Source: Octopus bimaculoides
Lineage: Eukaryota
Length of the DNA stretch: 64,000 bases
Assembly: GCF_001194135.2 (NCBI RefSeq)
Contig: NC_069001.1
Location: 33,448,551 to 33,512,550, forward strand
Direction of reading: 5' to 3'
The notes under the pieces were generated by a model. It did not search any database and was not told the origin of the DNA. It saw only the letters and a program-made list of their open reading frames with translations. This document shows positions 38,921-53,707 of the stretch, in pieces (within the stretch, counting starts at the first letter, position 1; every line of letters starts with the position of its first letter). A program made the translations under genes and the position numbers.

Positions 38921-40708
38921 TATGTATTTAATAAGTTGCGTAAAAAGTATAGTTTTTATAACATGTCTGCATCGTTGTATAAACATAGCATAATATGGGG
39001 ACTCTGATAGGCAAAAATTTGTTTTGGAAATACATATATTTTTTAACGCTATCCCTGATATTTTTATTATATCATATATTATTTATTTAAGTCTATTTCC
39101 ATATTGGCTTGTATGGTGTGTTCAAGTAATATAAGATACAAGGACAGTCTGGTTATGTCATAAGACTACATATTCGTGTGATTCAAGTGGTAATGTATGT
39201 GTGTGTAATACAAGCCTGTCTAATGTATGATTCTAATATATGTGCAGTTGCGTAATATAAAGCTAGTTGTATATGAAATAACACGATGTGGTCGAGTGAT
39301 CAATTGACAAGTGACGGAGAGGTGGTTGTCAGTTGAGCTTTTTGAACAGTTCCAAGAATGAGTCTTAACGCATCCAACAGACACTTGATTAGATAAAAAG
39401 ATAGATAGACAGATAGATAAAAAGCGATAAGGAAAGATGGGGGAAAATAAATATCACTACATGTCTGGAAACGTAATACAGTTTAAACACATGCTGATAT
39501 ATATACACGAACAAACACGTTGAAACACACAACTCGTATACACGCGCACCTGAGTACATATGTCCGTCTACTGTCTATGTATACATGCATGTAACTATGT
39601 GTATGTATATGAATATGAATAGCTGTGTCCGTGTGTGCGCGCCTCTGTTCGTGCTTGATTTAGTACAGATGTACGCATTTGCTGCTGAATCTGCGTGTCT
39701 ACATGTGTGTGTCTGAGAGTGAGAGAGAGAGAGAGGGGGGAAGAGGGGGGATAAAGAGAGTGAGTTTTGTGTGTACGTGCGGCGTGCGCGCGTGTATATG
39801 CTTATATCTGGTAATATGTATGAGAGTATTACTCTTTACTTCAGTTCATAAATATTGATTTTTTAAAAATCAGACATGCAGCTATGTTTTGAAAGCGGAC
39901 GGGTATATAACACTGTCGCTTATTCCCTATCATATTACTGGTATTCATTTTCCGTCCCTGGTGTATTCAAAGGAAATTGAAACTGCCAGGATTTGAACTA
40001 AAGATGAAAATGAGATAAACTTAGGCGATGACAAACCGAAAACAACGCAAAACTCGCTAAACCTCTTCGGAAAGGCATGAATGTTGAAAATTCCCCAAAT
40101 CCCTAATCTATAAATCTGAGACGCATAGCTATTAAAAGAAGAAAATATATAGCATAGCAAATGCCATAAATTTTGTGGAACAGAGAACTGTGGATTAAAT
40201 CGACACCGCCACTTCCATCCAATACTTGACAGGTACTTTATTTTAACAACCTTGAAAGAATTCGACCTGACTATAGTTAATTATTGCAAGGTAATTTAGC
40301 TTGATGCTCTACCGATTCGGCTATTACCTTCCCAAGGAGATGGTAAGAGATGAAAAAAGGAAATGAGAAAAAGAAAATTAAAAAATGCACACGAAAAACT
40401 GAAGACAGGAAAGAGGAAAGAAAAGCAAGAAGGTAGGAGGAGGAGGAAGAGAAGCGAAAGAAGGCTAGACAGACAGTTTGCTCCACAGGTAAAGCAGCGA
40501 AGGCCACTATACCAGACAAATTACCAACAATGCCAACGTTGCAAGTCATCCATGCAAACATAGATTGTAGCAGTGCAAGAAAAAGCCTCAAGTAGCGGTA
40601 ATAGAAAATGTGTGTATATGTGTGTGTGTGTATATATATGTATATACATACACACACAAGTAGACAAACTATTTTAAAAAAGCCCTTGTTACGTCTGTGT
40701 GTACGTGC

Positions 40709-40742
<34 letters not shown>

Positions 40743-40789
40743 CAGTGGAAACAAAGACAGATAGACAGACAGACAGAAGGAGGTGGGAG

Positions 40790-40990
40790 GGCGAACGTGA
40801 GAAAACTGCCTGCTCGCATGTGCGACCTACATTCCTATGTTTAAAGGAAGACTTCCACTTCCGCGTTACCCGCTTGCTTGACTCGATACGGCAAATGCAG
40901 TCACAGTGTGACGGCGGCAGCGCCTGAGACAATGGCGTGCCGTTAGCCGACCGGCATGACTCCCTCACCGTCTTGCACCCCTTCTCAACA
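40790..40990. promoter_or_regulatory. GC/CpG-rich non-repetitive island, possible enhancer or promoter
   Basis: Locally GC-rich unique sequence in an AT-rich background, with ETS-like ACTTCC motifs and the near-palindrome GTCACA-G-TGTGAC. No convincing ORF or repeat similarity. Confidence 0.25.
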
Positions 40991-43900
40991 TGTGAACATG
41001 AACAGTTAAAATGCAAGCTGCCTACTCTATAACACTGCTACTACTACCGTTACTCTCTATAACTGCCGGCAACAACCACCGCCAATAACATGTGGTTGGT
41101 CTACCGTCTAGAACTAGCAGCCAAGTCTCCCTAAAATCACACCTTAGGTATGTTAAAGATGCAGAAACATATAGGATAATGTAGTCGGGGTGGGGGTTAA
41201 AAAAACGGGGCACTGGCTGAAAAGCATCTGATTACGTCTAGCTACAAGATAAACAACTTCCTCTCAAATCACACGTTACTGTCTAGAAAAATATCGTTCA
41301 CAATGAGAACTCTCTTAATCTGAAAAATTAAGGGCTGACCAGAGGTTAAACAACAATATATTCATTCGCTATATAACGCCACTACAATCATCATGACTAC
41401 CACCTTCACCAGAAATACATGATCGTCATACATGCTAGAAATAGCAACCAAATCATACACTACTGTCTTTAAAAAAGAACATGGCGGAGTTTTGGAATAT
41501 GTCCCTCGAAGTCCCTTACCTGACGGGAAAAGAAAATAGTAGTATTTAATCTTTATGCGCGCGCGCGCACACACACACAATATTCCTATTTCATGTAACA
41601 AATTATAATTCTGAATTAAAAAATTTTTTTCCCCCAAATACGAATTTGTTACACTTTTGTTTTCACCCACTTCTGTACGAAACATAATCGGGATGATCAC
41701 AGTTGGAACGCCTTTGATCACAGATGATCTTGGGCTATACTATGTACTATTTTGAATATTATCAACATAACCAACAGCACATAACCATAACAACACCTTC
41801 ATCGAGTCAAAAGTATAGCCTATACGCGATCGCTCGACCTAACAGAAATAGCAGTCAAATCTACTTAAATCATACCCTACTGCACTAATAAATGAAGATA
41901 CACTGGACAATACGGTCCTAGATAAACGAAATGACAGGCCAGTCACAGCTGGATCTAAACAATAACCACTACTATCACCATCTGATGGTGTCGCTGTCAA
42001 CATGCTTTTTAATGATCTTTTTAACAATACCCGGAAAAGCTCAAAATCCGAGTTAACGATAAAATCTCTCTATGTTGTCACTAGACTTGCAGCAAATAAA
42101 TATCTAAATTACAATCCTACCATTATAAAAAGAGGGTCTATTGACAATCATGTAGTCCCAGAGACACTCACTGCTACAAAAAGAAAAAAGAAAGGTACAC
42201 TCACAACTATATATATATATATATATNNNNNNNNNNNNNNNNNNNNNNNNNNNNNNNNNNNNNNNNNNNNNNNNNNNNNNNNNNNNNNNNNNNNNNNNNN
42301 NNNNNNNNNNNNNNNNNNNNNNNNNNNNNNNNNNNNNNNNNNNNNNNNNNNNNNNNNNNNNNNNNNNNNNNNNNNNNNNNNNNNNNNNNNNNNNNNNNNN
42401 NNNNNNNNNNNNNNNNNNNNNNNNNNNNNNNNNNNNNNNNNNNNNNNNNNNNNNNNNNNNNNNNNNNNNNNNNNNNNNNNNNNNNNNNNNNNNNNNNNNN
42501 NNNNNNNNNNNNNNNNNNNNNNNNNNNNNNNNNNNNNNNNNNNNNNNNATATATATATATATATATATATATAATATACAGAGAGAGAGAGAGAGAGATG
42601 GCCATGGTCAGAATGTCCTTTGATCAAAGGCCTGCTCGATCCGAGCTGAGCAGCTGTTAAATAACAATTACAACAAAAGTAGTACATTAACAATTAAGTC
42701 CTTAACTTCGCCGTCACCTCCACCACCAGCATCATTATCGAGCAACCTCCGAGACAACTGTCAGCAAAGCTCGATCACCACTATCACAGCCATCGACACG
42801 AGACAACAAAAGTAGTCAAAGAGTATCAACCACTACCATCGACAGTACAATGGCTATTACTAACTATTATTATACCAAGAACATCATTAGAAATAATACT
42901 CGTGTGTCTTAGGTAATCACTCAATGACATCCGTGTTCGTTTTGATGGAAATCAATAGAGGAAAGAACTGTGTTAAGAGAGCATGATGACAACATTAACA
43001 ACGACGGCGATGGTGATGGTCTCTATTAAACATCAACAACAATCATGGAGATATAGAAAATGGTTAAATGTGATAATTTCAACAAGCATTAAGCAAACCT
43101 ACTGCTGCTGATGATGACAACAATGAAGATGATGACAACCATCATCACCACCACCACCACCACCACCAAGAACGAAGTCAATGATCGACCCCTTACATGG
43201 TCGCTCGAATTGTTAGAAATAGCAGCAAAATTATCCTTCAATCACACCTTGTTATCTTTAAAAATATGGAAGAATACGCATGCAATCCTAGAAAATCCCC
43301 AATGAATAAGGGTGGTCATGACTGGAACGCTTTTGATCATAAGTCTACTCTATCAGGATTAAAGTGGAGCTAAAAACAAGCTTCGAACGCCGAACACGGC
43401 ACAATAGTAGTTAGGAAGTTCTTGGCAGTCAGTGGGAGAAAGACTGCAATAACAGAGAGGGAGCGGGAGAGAGAAAAAGAAAGAGAGATGGGAGGTTAGA
43501 GAAAGGCTACCTGTTTGCACTATTTCAGGTAAAAAAAAATAAATTACCCAATTGGTTTTACTGAGTCCCGTCACTCACTACATTGCTCCATTCTTTTTAA
43601 TTTAAATAAATAATAAATCAGACATAATAACACAAAAATGTTTTTCCTCTAGTTTTTAAATACTACCCATAGAAATATGCACTGCGAGTCGAAAATAATT
43701 TTTAATTGAAAATATAGTCCTTCGGAGGATATGTGTGTGTGTGTGTGTGTGCAATTGAGAATAGTCATATTAATTTAAATGACTGACAATCATACATTCC
43801 ATTTCTCATACTTCGTTACAAACAAAAATACAAAGTTTTTTTTTACTAAAAAGTGGAATGAGCGAGTCGATTCTCCCATTCACTCACAATACATATATTA

Positions 43901-46039
43901 TAAGTCCTTGTTTTTCTCGGCCACCCAAGGAAAGGCAAGATCGAACAACAACAATAATAATAATTTCATTCATATGCATAAATCTAGAAATTTAAAGGAG
44001 GGTACAGTCGATTATATCACCACCTAGTACTCGACGGGTACTTTGTCTTATTGATCCTTCCTCGATGACAGTATATCTAACAATCGTAACAACTGCGAAT
44101 AAGTACAGAGTAAAAAATAAAACCGACTTTGCAAACTTTCTCAAATCTAAAACAACAATTAATAGAGACGCTCAAAACAGTTTACATTGTGAAGAAAAAG
44201 TTAAGACAAAACAAGATTTCCTTTCTTTCTTATGTGTTGAAGTGGCTAAAATAGAAGGCTTTGACGAAAGTCGAAAGTGAGTAAAGAGGGAGACTCGAGT
44301 TGGTCACTCAAGATATAGATATAGCAAACATCCAAAACATCGCACTAATGTCTTGAAATAAGGTAATCCTAGATATTCAAAAAGATTATATGATCAGAGC
44401 TGGAATACTTTTAATCATAAGTTTGGGGCTAAACAACAACGAATAAAGACATTGGAATCGAAGTGAACCAGTTTGTTTACTAAACATCCCGATAGTTGAA
44501 GACAACAGATATTTCAAATGAACAAAAACTAAACCATTTCGATTTCATCAAAAATACTGAAGGATAAAAAAAAGAGACGTTTGAGATAGTAAGTAACAAA
44601 GCAAGATAAAGCAGTCATAATTAAGAGAGAAAGAAGAAAAAGTGTGTGTGTGTGTGCGTGCGCGTATGTGTGTGTGAAAGAGAGACAGAGAGAGGTCCCT
44701 AATGTTTCAGAGGGGTTCATAGCGGAAGTGGGAATAGATCCAGCAAGAGCTGCCTGCCTCCCATTTTCTGATTATAGAATTTAACAGTCAGATATGCCGG
44801 TCTACACTGAATAAAATATATATATTAAAAAAAGACAAAACAAACTCACTACTTACAGAAATGTTCATGTGTGCAAAGATGTGGCTGAAGAAGAAATCTG
44901 TTTATGTGAAGGGAAAAGACGGTGGCAAAAAGGAGAGCTATAAAAAAAATAAATAAAAGGGAGAGCTTTCCAAGCTGGCAGTAAAGCAACAGAGGGAGAA
45001 AGGGATAGGAGAGACAGATATACTGAAAGAGTGAGTGGTTGAAGAGAGTGAACCCCATCTCATTATAATGATTTATGCAGAGGTCACTAGGTCAGAAACA
45101 GTAAGCACCCAACACAACACATAATACGTCGAACATAGCCACGCAAATATATATATATATATATATATATATANNNNNNNNNNNNNNNNNNNNNNNNNNN
45201 NNNNNNNNNNNNNNNNNNNNNNNNNNNNNNNNNNNNNNNNNNNNNNNNNNNNNNNNNNNNNNNNATATATAATTGTGTGTGTGTATGTGTAAACATCCAA
45301 GGTAAGCACAGTGAAAAAGCAACGGTAGGGAAATGTGCAGGGCACTAACAATAACGTAGTAATAATAAATTTAGTGTCTTGCAAAGATGTTATGCATTTC
45401 TGAAGGTAATATATTACTTAGAAGGTTAGGCAATAACTGTTTCTTTTGTTCGATAAACTGAAAGACAAAACGATTACGGTAAAGCAAAAAAAACTAAGAA
45501 AAAGTATGTGTCCGGATCGAGTAGCGAGAGGGGAGTAAAGTGGATTTAGAGCGAGAGAACAAAGAACTCTTCTTTGTTCTGGTGTCAAGAACAAATCAGC
45601 GATTACTAAGTGGGGGAGCAGACGAACTGCTAGGAATGGGGAAGCAAGTTGAAGATGGGGCCACAGAAATTCTGTGTCCAGGGCATAAACATATAACTAA
45701 TGACACCAATGGAAATGGACTGAACATTTCTTTTTTTTTTCCGATGTAACAGTTTTAAGAATTTAAATGTATTTTGTTTTTGTTTTAAGTTTTTCTCGAT
45801 GTAAATTGGGAAAGGTTTATTGCTACTTCTCTCCCTTATTTAAAAGAATGATTTAACTGATATATCTGGGTTCACCTCAGGCGAAAGGGAAACAAGATTG
45901 TGCTCCTTGTTATCGCTGTTATAACTGTACACAACGGGATCTCATGACAAAAAGGTAAATAGCAAAGAAAACCCTTAACAAAAGTGATGACACGAAAGAA
46001 ACCCTTAGAAAAAGCGATCCTTAACACAGACACACTTAC

Positions 46040-46390
46040 CTATCATTCGGCGAAAGAAGATGCGGATTTCGGTTGGGATTTACTTCTTTCTGACCGCAAC
46101 TAACTTCACCGTGTAGTGACAAGTATATATATATCCCATCAGTTATTTGTTGTGGCTGAAAGATTCTCTCACTCTCGGTCGTCTTTGACTAGTTCTTGGG
46201 TTATCGTTGTTACAGCAAGCTGCGACTTCTCTTAAGCCCGAACCACTTCTCTCCCTCACACATTCGACATTATTTGTCTTTTTGTTTGTTTCTTTTCTTT
46301 TTTACTATATCTCTCTTTCAAACAAGAAGATTTTCGCTCCTTTGATTGGTCCGTGAGATGCTACAATATCGTTCTGATTGGTTAGACTGC
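46040..46390 (-). promoter_or_regulatory. Orphan promoter + non-coding first exon
   Basis: Two CCAAT boxes on the minus strand (ATTGG at 46345-46349 and 46377-46381, 32 bp apart, each in an ACCAATC context), a CpG-retaining exon-like stretch, and a consensus donor AG|GTAAGT with the last exon base at 46040. Confidence 0.55.
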
Positions 46391-47593
46391 TCTTATTACA
46401 GCCATCACCTCCTCTTCCTCCACAACTGTTCTACGCGTAGCAATTTGACATGGTTACCTGCGTAAACTGTTTACTAGCACATGTCTCTCTCTTTATATAT
46501 GACTTAAGCCATACCCTAATACCAATCGACAACAGATTTAATACATAACCGTCCCTCGTAACTAGTGTCCTCTTACTAATTCATAAAGTCATCAGGAATT
46601 TATAGAGGGTTTTTTTTTCTACGAATCCAATAACATGTGTCTAGTATTGGCATGTGCGTTTGAACACATGGTGGTAACGTGAGAAGCACAGCCGCCTCTT
46701 TTCTGTTATTCTTTTCCAAATCGCCATTCTCTTCTTTGTTTTCTTTTTCTCTTTTCATTGTGGTTTCGCTTTAACAAACGGCATCTTGACTTATTTAAAA
46801 AATTAATCAGCAGTTTAATTATTACTACATGTAATGTTTTGTTATAATTATAAAAAGAGAAATAGCTTCTTTTTTTTTCTAGTCATGTTCAGACTTTATT
46901 AAACAATTTCGAAGTCAATAAAAACTTAATTGAATATCTCGTTTGAAGAAATCACCCAACAATTTTCTTTCCTAAACGCATTTATTGAAAGAATTTTCTA
47001 AATCATTGTTTAATTGAAAGACAAATTACCCTGCTACGTATTCGAGCCACCTAATATCAATGATAAACACGACACTGTCATTCGACCTGTTAGAAATAAC
47101 AGCATTTTTTTTTTCAAATCCCACTTTACTGCTTTTTAAAAAGAACACAGTGTACAATGTAGTCATAGATATACAAAAAGATGTGATGGCCATGGCTGGA
47201 ACGTATTTTTACACAGAGCTGCTCGATCAGGAATGATCTGTGGCCAAAGAACAACAATAAACACTAACACCCATGATAGATCAATGACACTGTTTATTTA
47301 ATAGTCCTAGTTAATATTATAACTAACAGTAAGACTTTTAATCAACACAGTGGTTAACATTACACTTAGCTAGTTAAGAGGAGAAACTATGTTATGATAC
47401 TAGCTGTCATTTAGTTTCATATTTCGTAGCCTACAACATTTCCTTCGGAGAATTTTCCTCTATTATAGCTTGCTTGATCCTTTTACTACTTACGATCAAT
47501 TCAGACAATTTCTGTTGCTTCAAAATGAATGCAAGCAAGCAGTTTCCTTTTCAAACTGTTGATACATTATAAAACGAATTTCAATTAGATCGA

Positions 47594-47662
<69 letters not shown>

Positions 47663-48882
47663 ATATGTATGTATATATATATATGAATGTATGTATGTAT
47701 ATATGTGTGTGTGCGTATGTATGTACATGCGCTCGCGCGCGCACTCACATACTTACATATATGAGCACTGAGAACGAGTAATAGTGAGGCCTCCTCCGTA
47801 TCGCTTTCATGCTGCTATTTCATTTCCCGATGAGAAAATTTTCATTACACAGATGTCATTATTTTGAAAGCAACATAAACACGAAGGCCGTGCTCCAGCA
47901 TGGCCTTAGCCATGATGGCTAAAATAAAGAAAACCGCAGAAGTTCATGTCATTTTACACTATTAATCGTATAATTTCTGCGTATGTAAGGTATTCAATAT
48001 AATTTATAAAAACGTTTTAGTCACTATATATATATATATATATGAAATATTATGCAGTCACTCGCGTGCGCGTACACTCGCGCACGCGAGCACGCACCAC
48101 ACACACTGGTGTTACGAAATATTGATTTCTATTGACGAGACACCACACGACAAATAACCAGTGGAGGGAGTGTAATCAGTCTTTTAAATCAACTATGTTA
48201 TATTCAGGGTATTTATTTTATCGAATATGTAGTGTGGAATTCAAAGTATTAGGAGGATTTGAATAGATAATGGGACAGAACTAAATGCTATAATGTATTT
48301 GAGCGTTCAATTGTCAGAGCTCACAACCACCTCAAAATCATAATTTTTGGAATGGGAATGAATGTATATTCTAATAGACTGACCTCAATACTCAACTGGT
48401 ATCTACTTTTTTGACCTTCAGTAGAATTTAAGGCGAAGTCGACTTTAGATTGGATTTGAACTCAAAATATCACCTTAAGTTGATGATTTGATGACGATGA
48501 CGATGATAATGATGATGATCACGCTGTGAGAGAGAATATGCTTCTAGGCTGAAGTTCTTTCACTTCATATTGTTTATGTTCTCATAACAGGAATGATTGT
48601 CAATTTTTTGTGTTGCATTTGTATAAAATATCTAAGAAATCAGTGATGATAATGGTTGTGACTACAACAAGAATGAATAATAATAACTATTAGAGTTCAT
48701 TTTTACCATTTTGTAATCTTATTTGTATTTCAGATCCATTCATTAAATATGCATCTTTCTTTAACAATCAGTATCATGACTGCTAGCATCACAACACCAT
48801 CATCATCCTATTATCATCATTATTGTACTAAAGCACCATCTTCATGTTTATACTTTTCTCAAAATAATTAACTAAATTCTCA

Positions 48883-48940
<58 letters not shown>

Positions 48941-49019
48941 ACACACACACATACACACATATATAGACACATACATGCACAAATATTTATATATATGTTG
49001 TACGGATGTATATATGTAT

Positions 49020-49330
49020 GCATATGTGTATTTATGTGTAAAGGCATGTGACTTAGTGGTTAGGGTGTTGCACTCAGGATTGCATGATCCTGGTTTCAAT
49101 CCCCAGACTTGCAGTGTGGTGTGTTCTTGAGCAGAAAACTTCATTTCATGTTGCTCTAGTTCACTTAGCTGTAAATGGGTAACTCTGTGATGGACTGGCT
49201 TTTCATTCAAGGGGAATGTTGGTCTGCCTGTCTAGCCAGTTGGATGGCATCTTTTGAAAGCTACAACAATGCAAGGAAACGCATTGTGACCAGTGGTATA
49301 TAACAACATCTGATAGTCTGATCGACACAG
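49020..49330 (+). mobile_element. tRNA-headed SINE (B-related variant)
   Basis: gacttagtggttagggtgttgcactca...ggtttcaatcccc head followed by ttgagcagaaaacttcatttcatgttgctc. Confidence 0.6.
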
Positions 49331-49418
49331 TGATATTTGTATGTATGTATCTATATATATATGCTAGTAAACCAAAACTCTGAAGTCACTGTCCCTCTCT
49401 TGTAAAAGTTTAACAAAC

Positions 49419-49815
49419 ATAGGCACAGGCATGGCTGTGTGGTAACAAGCTTGCTTCCCAACGACATGGTTCCAGGTTCAGTCCCACTGTGTGGCACCTT
49501 GGGCAAGTGTCTTCTACTATAACCTCAGGTCGACCAAAGCATCGTGAGTGGACTTGATAGACAGAAACTGAATGAAGCCTGTTGTATATATATATGTATA
49601 TATCTTTGTCTGTGTTTGTCCCCTATCACCACTTGATAACCGGTGTTGGTGTGTTTACATCCCCGTAACTTAGTGGTTCAGCAAAAGAGACTGATAGAAT
49701 AAGTAGTAGGCTTAAAAAATAAATCCAGGGGTTGATTTATTCGACTAAAAGCCCTTCAAGGTGGCGCTGCGGCAGGGCCACGTCAAATGACTGAAACAAG
49801 TAAAATAATAAAAGA
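49419..49815 (+). mobile_element. SINE family C copy
   Basis: Same head, core and tail as 37540-37930, in the opposite orientation. Confidence 0.85.
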
Positions 49816-52800
49816 ATAAAAGAATGTACTCAACTAAAAAGTATTTCTTCAATTTAATATTAATTTGTTTATATATATAATTTGATATAAAAACAACCAT
49901 TAACAGACACACACACACAGACTCAGATACACACAGACAGACACACACACACACACACACAGACACCCACAGACACAGACACACATACACACACACAGAT
50001 GATAACACACTTCCTACCCCACCATGTCTCGTCGTCTCTATTCTACAGAAAAGCAAAATGGAATAAATAAATGAAATAAATAATATATATACATNNNNNN
50101 NNNNNNNNNNNNNNNNNNNNNNNNNNNNNNNNNNNNNNNNNNNNNNNNNNNNNNNNNNNNNNNNNNNNNNNNNNNNNNNNNNNNNNNNNNNNNNNNNNNN
50201 NNNNNNNNNNNNNNNNNNNNNNNNNNNNNNNNNNNNNNNNNNNNNNNATATATACACATACACATACACGCATGTGTTAACTGAAACTGTTTCTTCGAGA
50301 ATATACCAACAGTTTGTAAAGCAAAGAAACTACTTGCTTGCATTCAGTCGTTTCTACTATTTGTAAAATCTATGAATTTGAAAAGTCTCAGATATGTTAC
50401 TGAAGACTAATAGAAATCTACCATAATGAATTCTCTGATTTTACATGGAACTGTCTGAGATGGTATTTTTCTTATCTAAGTCTACTTAATACACATATTT
50501 CTTCATTTCCTTTCATTTCCATTGACTTTCACCAACCCTTCAAACTTTTTCACAATTCTTCCTATCCTCTAGGACTCATTCACCCTTTAGTCAAATTGTA
50601 TCTTATCCACATTAATCTCACTCGCTTAGTCCATGTAGATTGGAAGAGTCTAGTAGACTATGTCCTTTAAACTAATAATAAAAATTGATAAAAAGAAAAA
50701 CCAAATGGAGTTTGTTCTAAGATTTTTAGGAAAAGTAAGTCTTGGTGTAATTTGCAACTCCCAGAAGAGAGTTTCCATATAATTGTTCAACCCAATCAAT
50801 ATAACAGCCATGTTTTCCTCCTCAAAATTTTAACTGTCTTTAAAATGTGGCCCACATCATGTTTTAAGTACTAAATCTAAGGTTAGCATGACTTAAGGGT
50901 AGCCAATGCTGACCTGTGTCATAGGTGGTACTGATCTGTTCATTCGTAGAACTAATGGTGTCAGCCAAGTAACAATGATTTGAATTGAAACACTTTCAAC
51001 ATTAGTCTTTCTAGTTCTATATTTAAGAGATGAGGAATTAAAGTACCTTGGTTAAACTAACCAATTTATAATGAATTTTCAACGGTAGATTGAAAAATCA
51101 CAGCAGTCAAATAGACAAGCTGTCAGTTTTATGGTTGATTTGAACCTCTGCATCCTGTTGACCTTGAAACAGCAACCAAATCTCCTTCAACTCACACTCT
51201 GCTGTCTTTAAAGTGTCACATTGGATAATGTTGTCCTTGATACTCTATGCTTGAAAATAAATAGGATTGTTACAGTTGGAATGCTTTTGATCATTCAACT
51301 TCTAGATTAGAGCTGACCTTGGGATGAACAAAAACATAGAGTTTCAAGTATATGCCAAGGGTAATATATTTTTATGATAAATGTGTTAATATTTTTTCAT
51401 GTTCTTGGATGTGAGGAGGGTTTGATTGAAGTCAAGAGTGTTTTACTTCAATCATTATTGCCATTAAATACACACTGTTATATTAATTTTGTACCTTAAC
51501 ATTATTTTGAAATAATGGTTTCTAACATAAGCAAAAAGTTTCACATTTAAGTGGATGATCTAGCCGATTATATTGATCCCAGTACTTTATGGATACTTAT
51601 TTCATTGATCACTCCCTCCCTGACCAGAGGATGAACAACAAGATATTATTAGGTGTTAAAGTCATTCAGAATATCTACAAATTAGTAACTGACAATCAGC
51701 TTCCCTTGATCTTGTAAAATAATAATAAAATAAAGTGAATATAACAATGTATATGTGTGCTTTAAATGCATATAATGACTCTACCATAATACATTTGTTT
51801 AAAAATAAACTATTATTTGAATTTATCATAGCACCTGATAACATTTAAGAACTTTAAGCTTCCATTCACAACTTAGGCGCTTTAAAAGAATATTAAATTG
51901 ACTCCTGTAGTTGACTGGTATTTTTTATTAATGCCAGAAAGATGCAAAGCAAAGTAGACCTCAATAGATTTAGAACTATATCAGTGAAAAAGTGTAGTTC
52001 TGCTGTAAAGACTTAATTTGTCCTCTTAAACAAATTCATGGTGCATACCTAGTGTGTTGTATATGACCTATACTCTGAATTCAGTATATTACACTTGAAC
52101 ATCAGCAACATATGACACAATAATTGTAATTTATGTCACCTTAAGATTTAAATCAGTTACAGTTGCAAAATGAATATAGATTGATGATTGTCCCAAAATG
52201 CTTAAAGTTTGTAATTTAAAGGCTGATATTAATCAGATTGTATTGTGTCAGTTTTCATTTGGTGGGTGGTGAAAGAGGCAAAGACAAGGAAGTTAATTGC
52301 TAGAAATATACAATGTTCATTGAACTATGGAAATAAAAGTAGCTAGCAAGCATAAAATGACTATCAATATTAAGTTTATTACACTCATTCTGTTATCAAC
52401 ACTTATCATTAGTTACACTTTGTCTCCCTCTTGTCCTTCTTGAAAAGGACTTACTCAACCTTGTGACCCACAACGCAAAACTTTAGTATTAAATTTAGTC
52501 CCAAAACTTAAGTATATCTTGCTGTAAGATATATATTGAAAATATTTGGCACATTGAACAGCTATACAAACAAATGACGGAAATAAATTTACAAGTGCTG
52601 GAAAGGACTCACCATCATAGAAAATTTTGGAAATAGTCCCCTGTGGTATTAATGCATTGCTGTGCATGTTTGACCATGTTTAGTTATATATCCAGCGTAA
52701 AATAGTGACTTCGGTGGTGACAACTTTAGTGGTATTGTCTTTCAGCTCCTGTATCATGTGCAGATTTTTTCTTACAGCATACCCCAAAATTTATTATCTC

Positions 52801-53289
52801 TGGGGATGTTTGAAGAGCATGCTGTAAGAAAAAATCTGCAAAATGTTCATGTTGATCTCTGTGTTGACAGTACTGTCAAAAAATATCAGTCCAATGAAGC
52901 ATGCTCTGAAACAGCACAGCGAACACTGATTTTTTTTTCTTGTGGAGTTGCTGCTCATACACAAGGTGAGAATTCTCCATCACCTAATACCTTCTGTTTT
53001 GTGAATTTACATGGCTGGAGAGATGAGACCATGCCTTGTCACTCATTATGTACTGGAATGGGTATAGCTCACCATTAGCAAATCTCTTTAGAAGCTATGT
53101 GCAGTAATTTACTCATTTACTCTTATCATCCACTTTTAATTGCTACACGCATTGGAAATGATAGGTTTCAACTTTAGACTTTTTAACACCTGTTGGCATG
53201 ACCTTTTGCTTATGTGAGACAGTTGTGCCAATTTACAGGTTGACTTCTTTGGATGTCAAATAATCATTTGGCAAATGTCCTGAATAACT

Positions 53290-53640
53290 TCCAGAGTTCA
53301 AAATGTAAGGTCATTGTTTTGGGGCATTGTGCACTGACCCCTTAGCACATTGCTTCTTAACCAACATTTGTATTGTTCTCTTTGCTGGTAAGCCTTTACC
53401 TAGAAACTTGACTTCAAAACTTTTGTGTGCTTGCTTAACAAAACCTTGTCTCCCATATGTTTCCGCAATCTCCACTTTTTCTGCTATTGAGTACATTATC
53501 TTGCCGAAAAGGCTACAGATGTTCACTTAATGTAATCATACAATCAACTAATGTGATGAAGATGCCGTGAGGATAAGTGTAGCAAACAATTGACTGGTGT
53601 GCCATCTTTGTTCAACAGTTACATTGTGGTCAAAATAACA
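53290..53640 (-). mobile_element. Tc1/mariner N-terminal helix-turn-helix fragment (DUF4817-like)
   Basis: MYSIAEKVEIAETYGRQG.VKQAHKSFEVKF.GKGLPAKRTIQMLVKK..AKGSVHNAPK resembles this transposase N-terminus. Confidence 0.6.
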
Positions 53641-53707
53641 CAATGACTCTTGCAAACCAAAGACTGGGTGCTTTTACGTGTGTAAATTTATTTCTGTATT
53701 TACACTA

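Noticed and set aside
52758-53078. 106-codon plus-strand ORF
   Set aside because: It starts at a non-ATG codon, has no recognisable domain and lies among TE debris. Kept only as a weak exon candidate.
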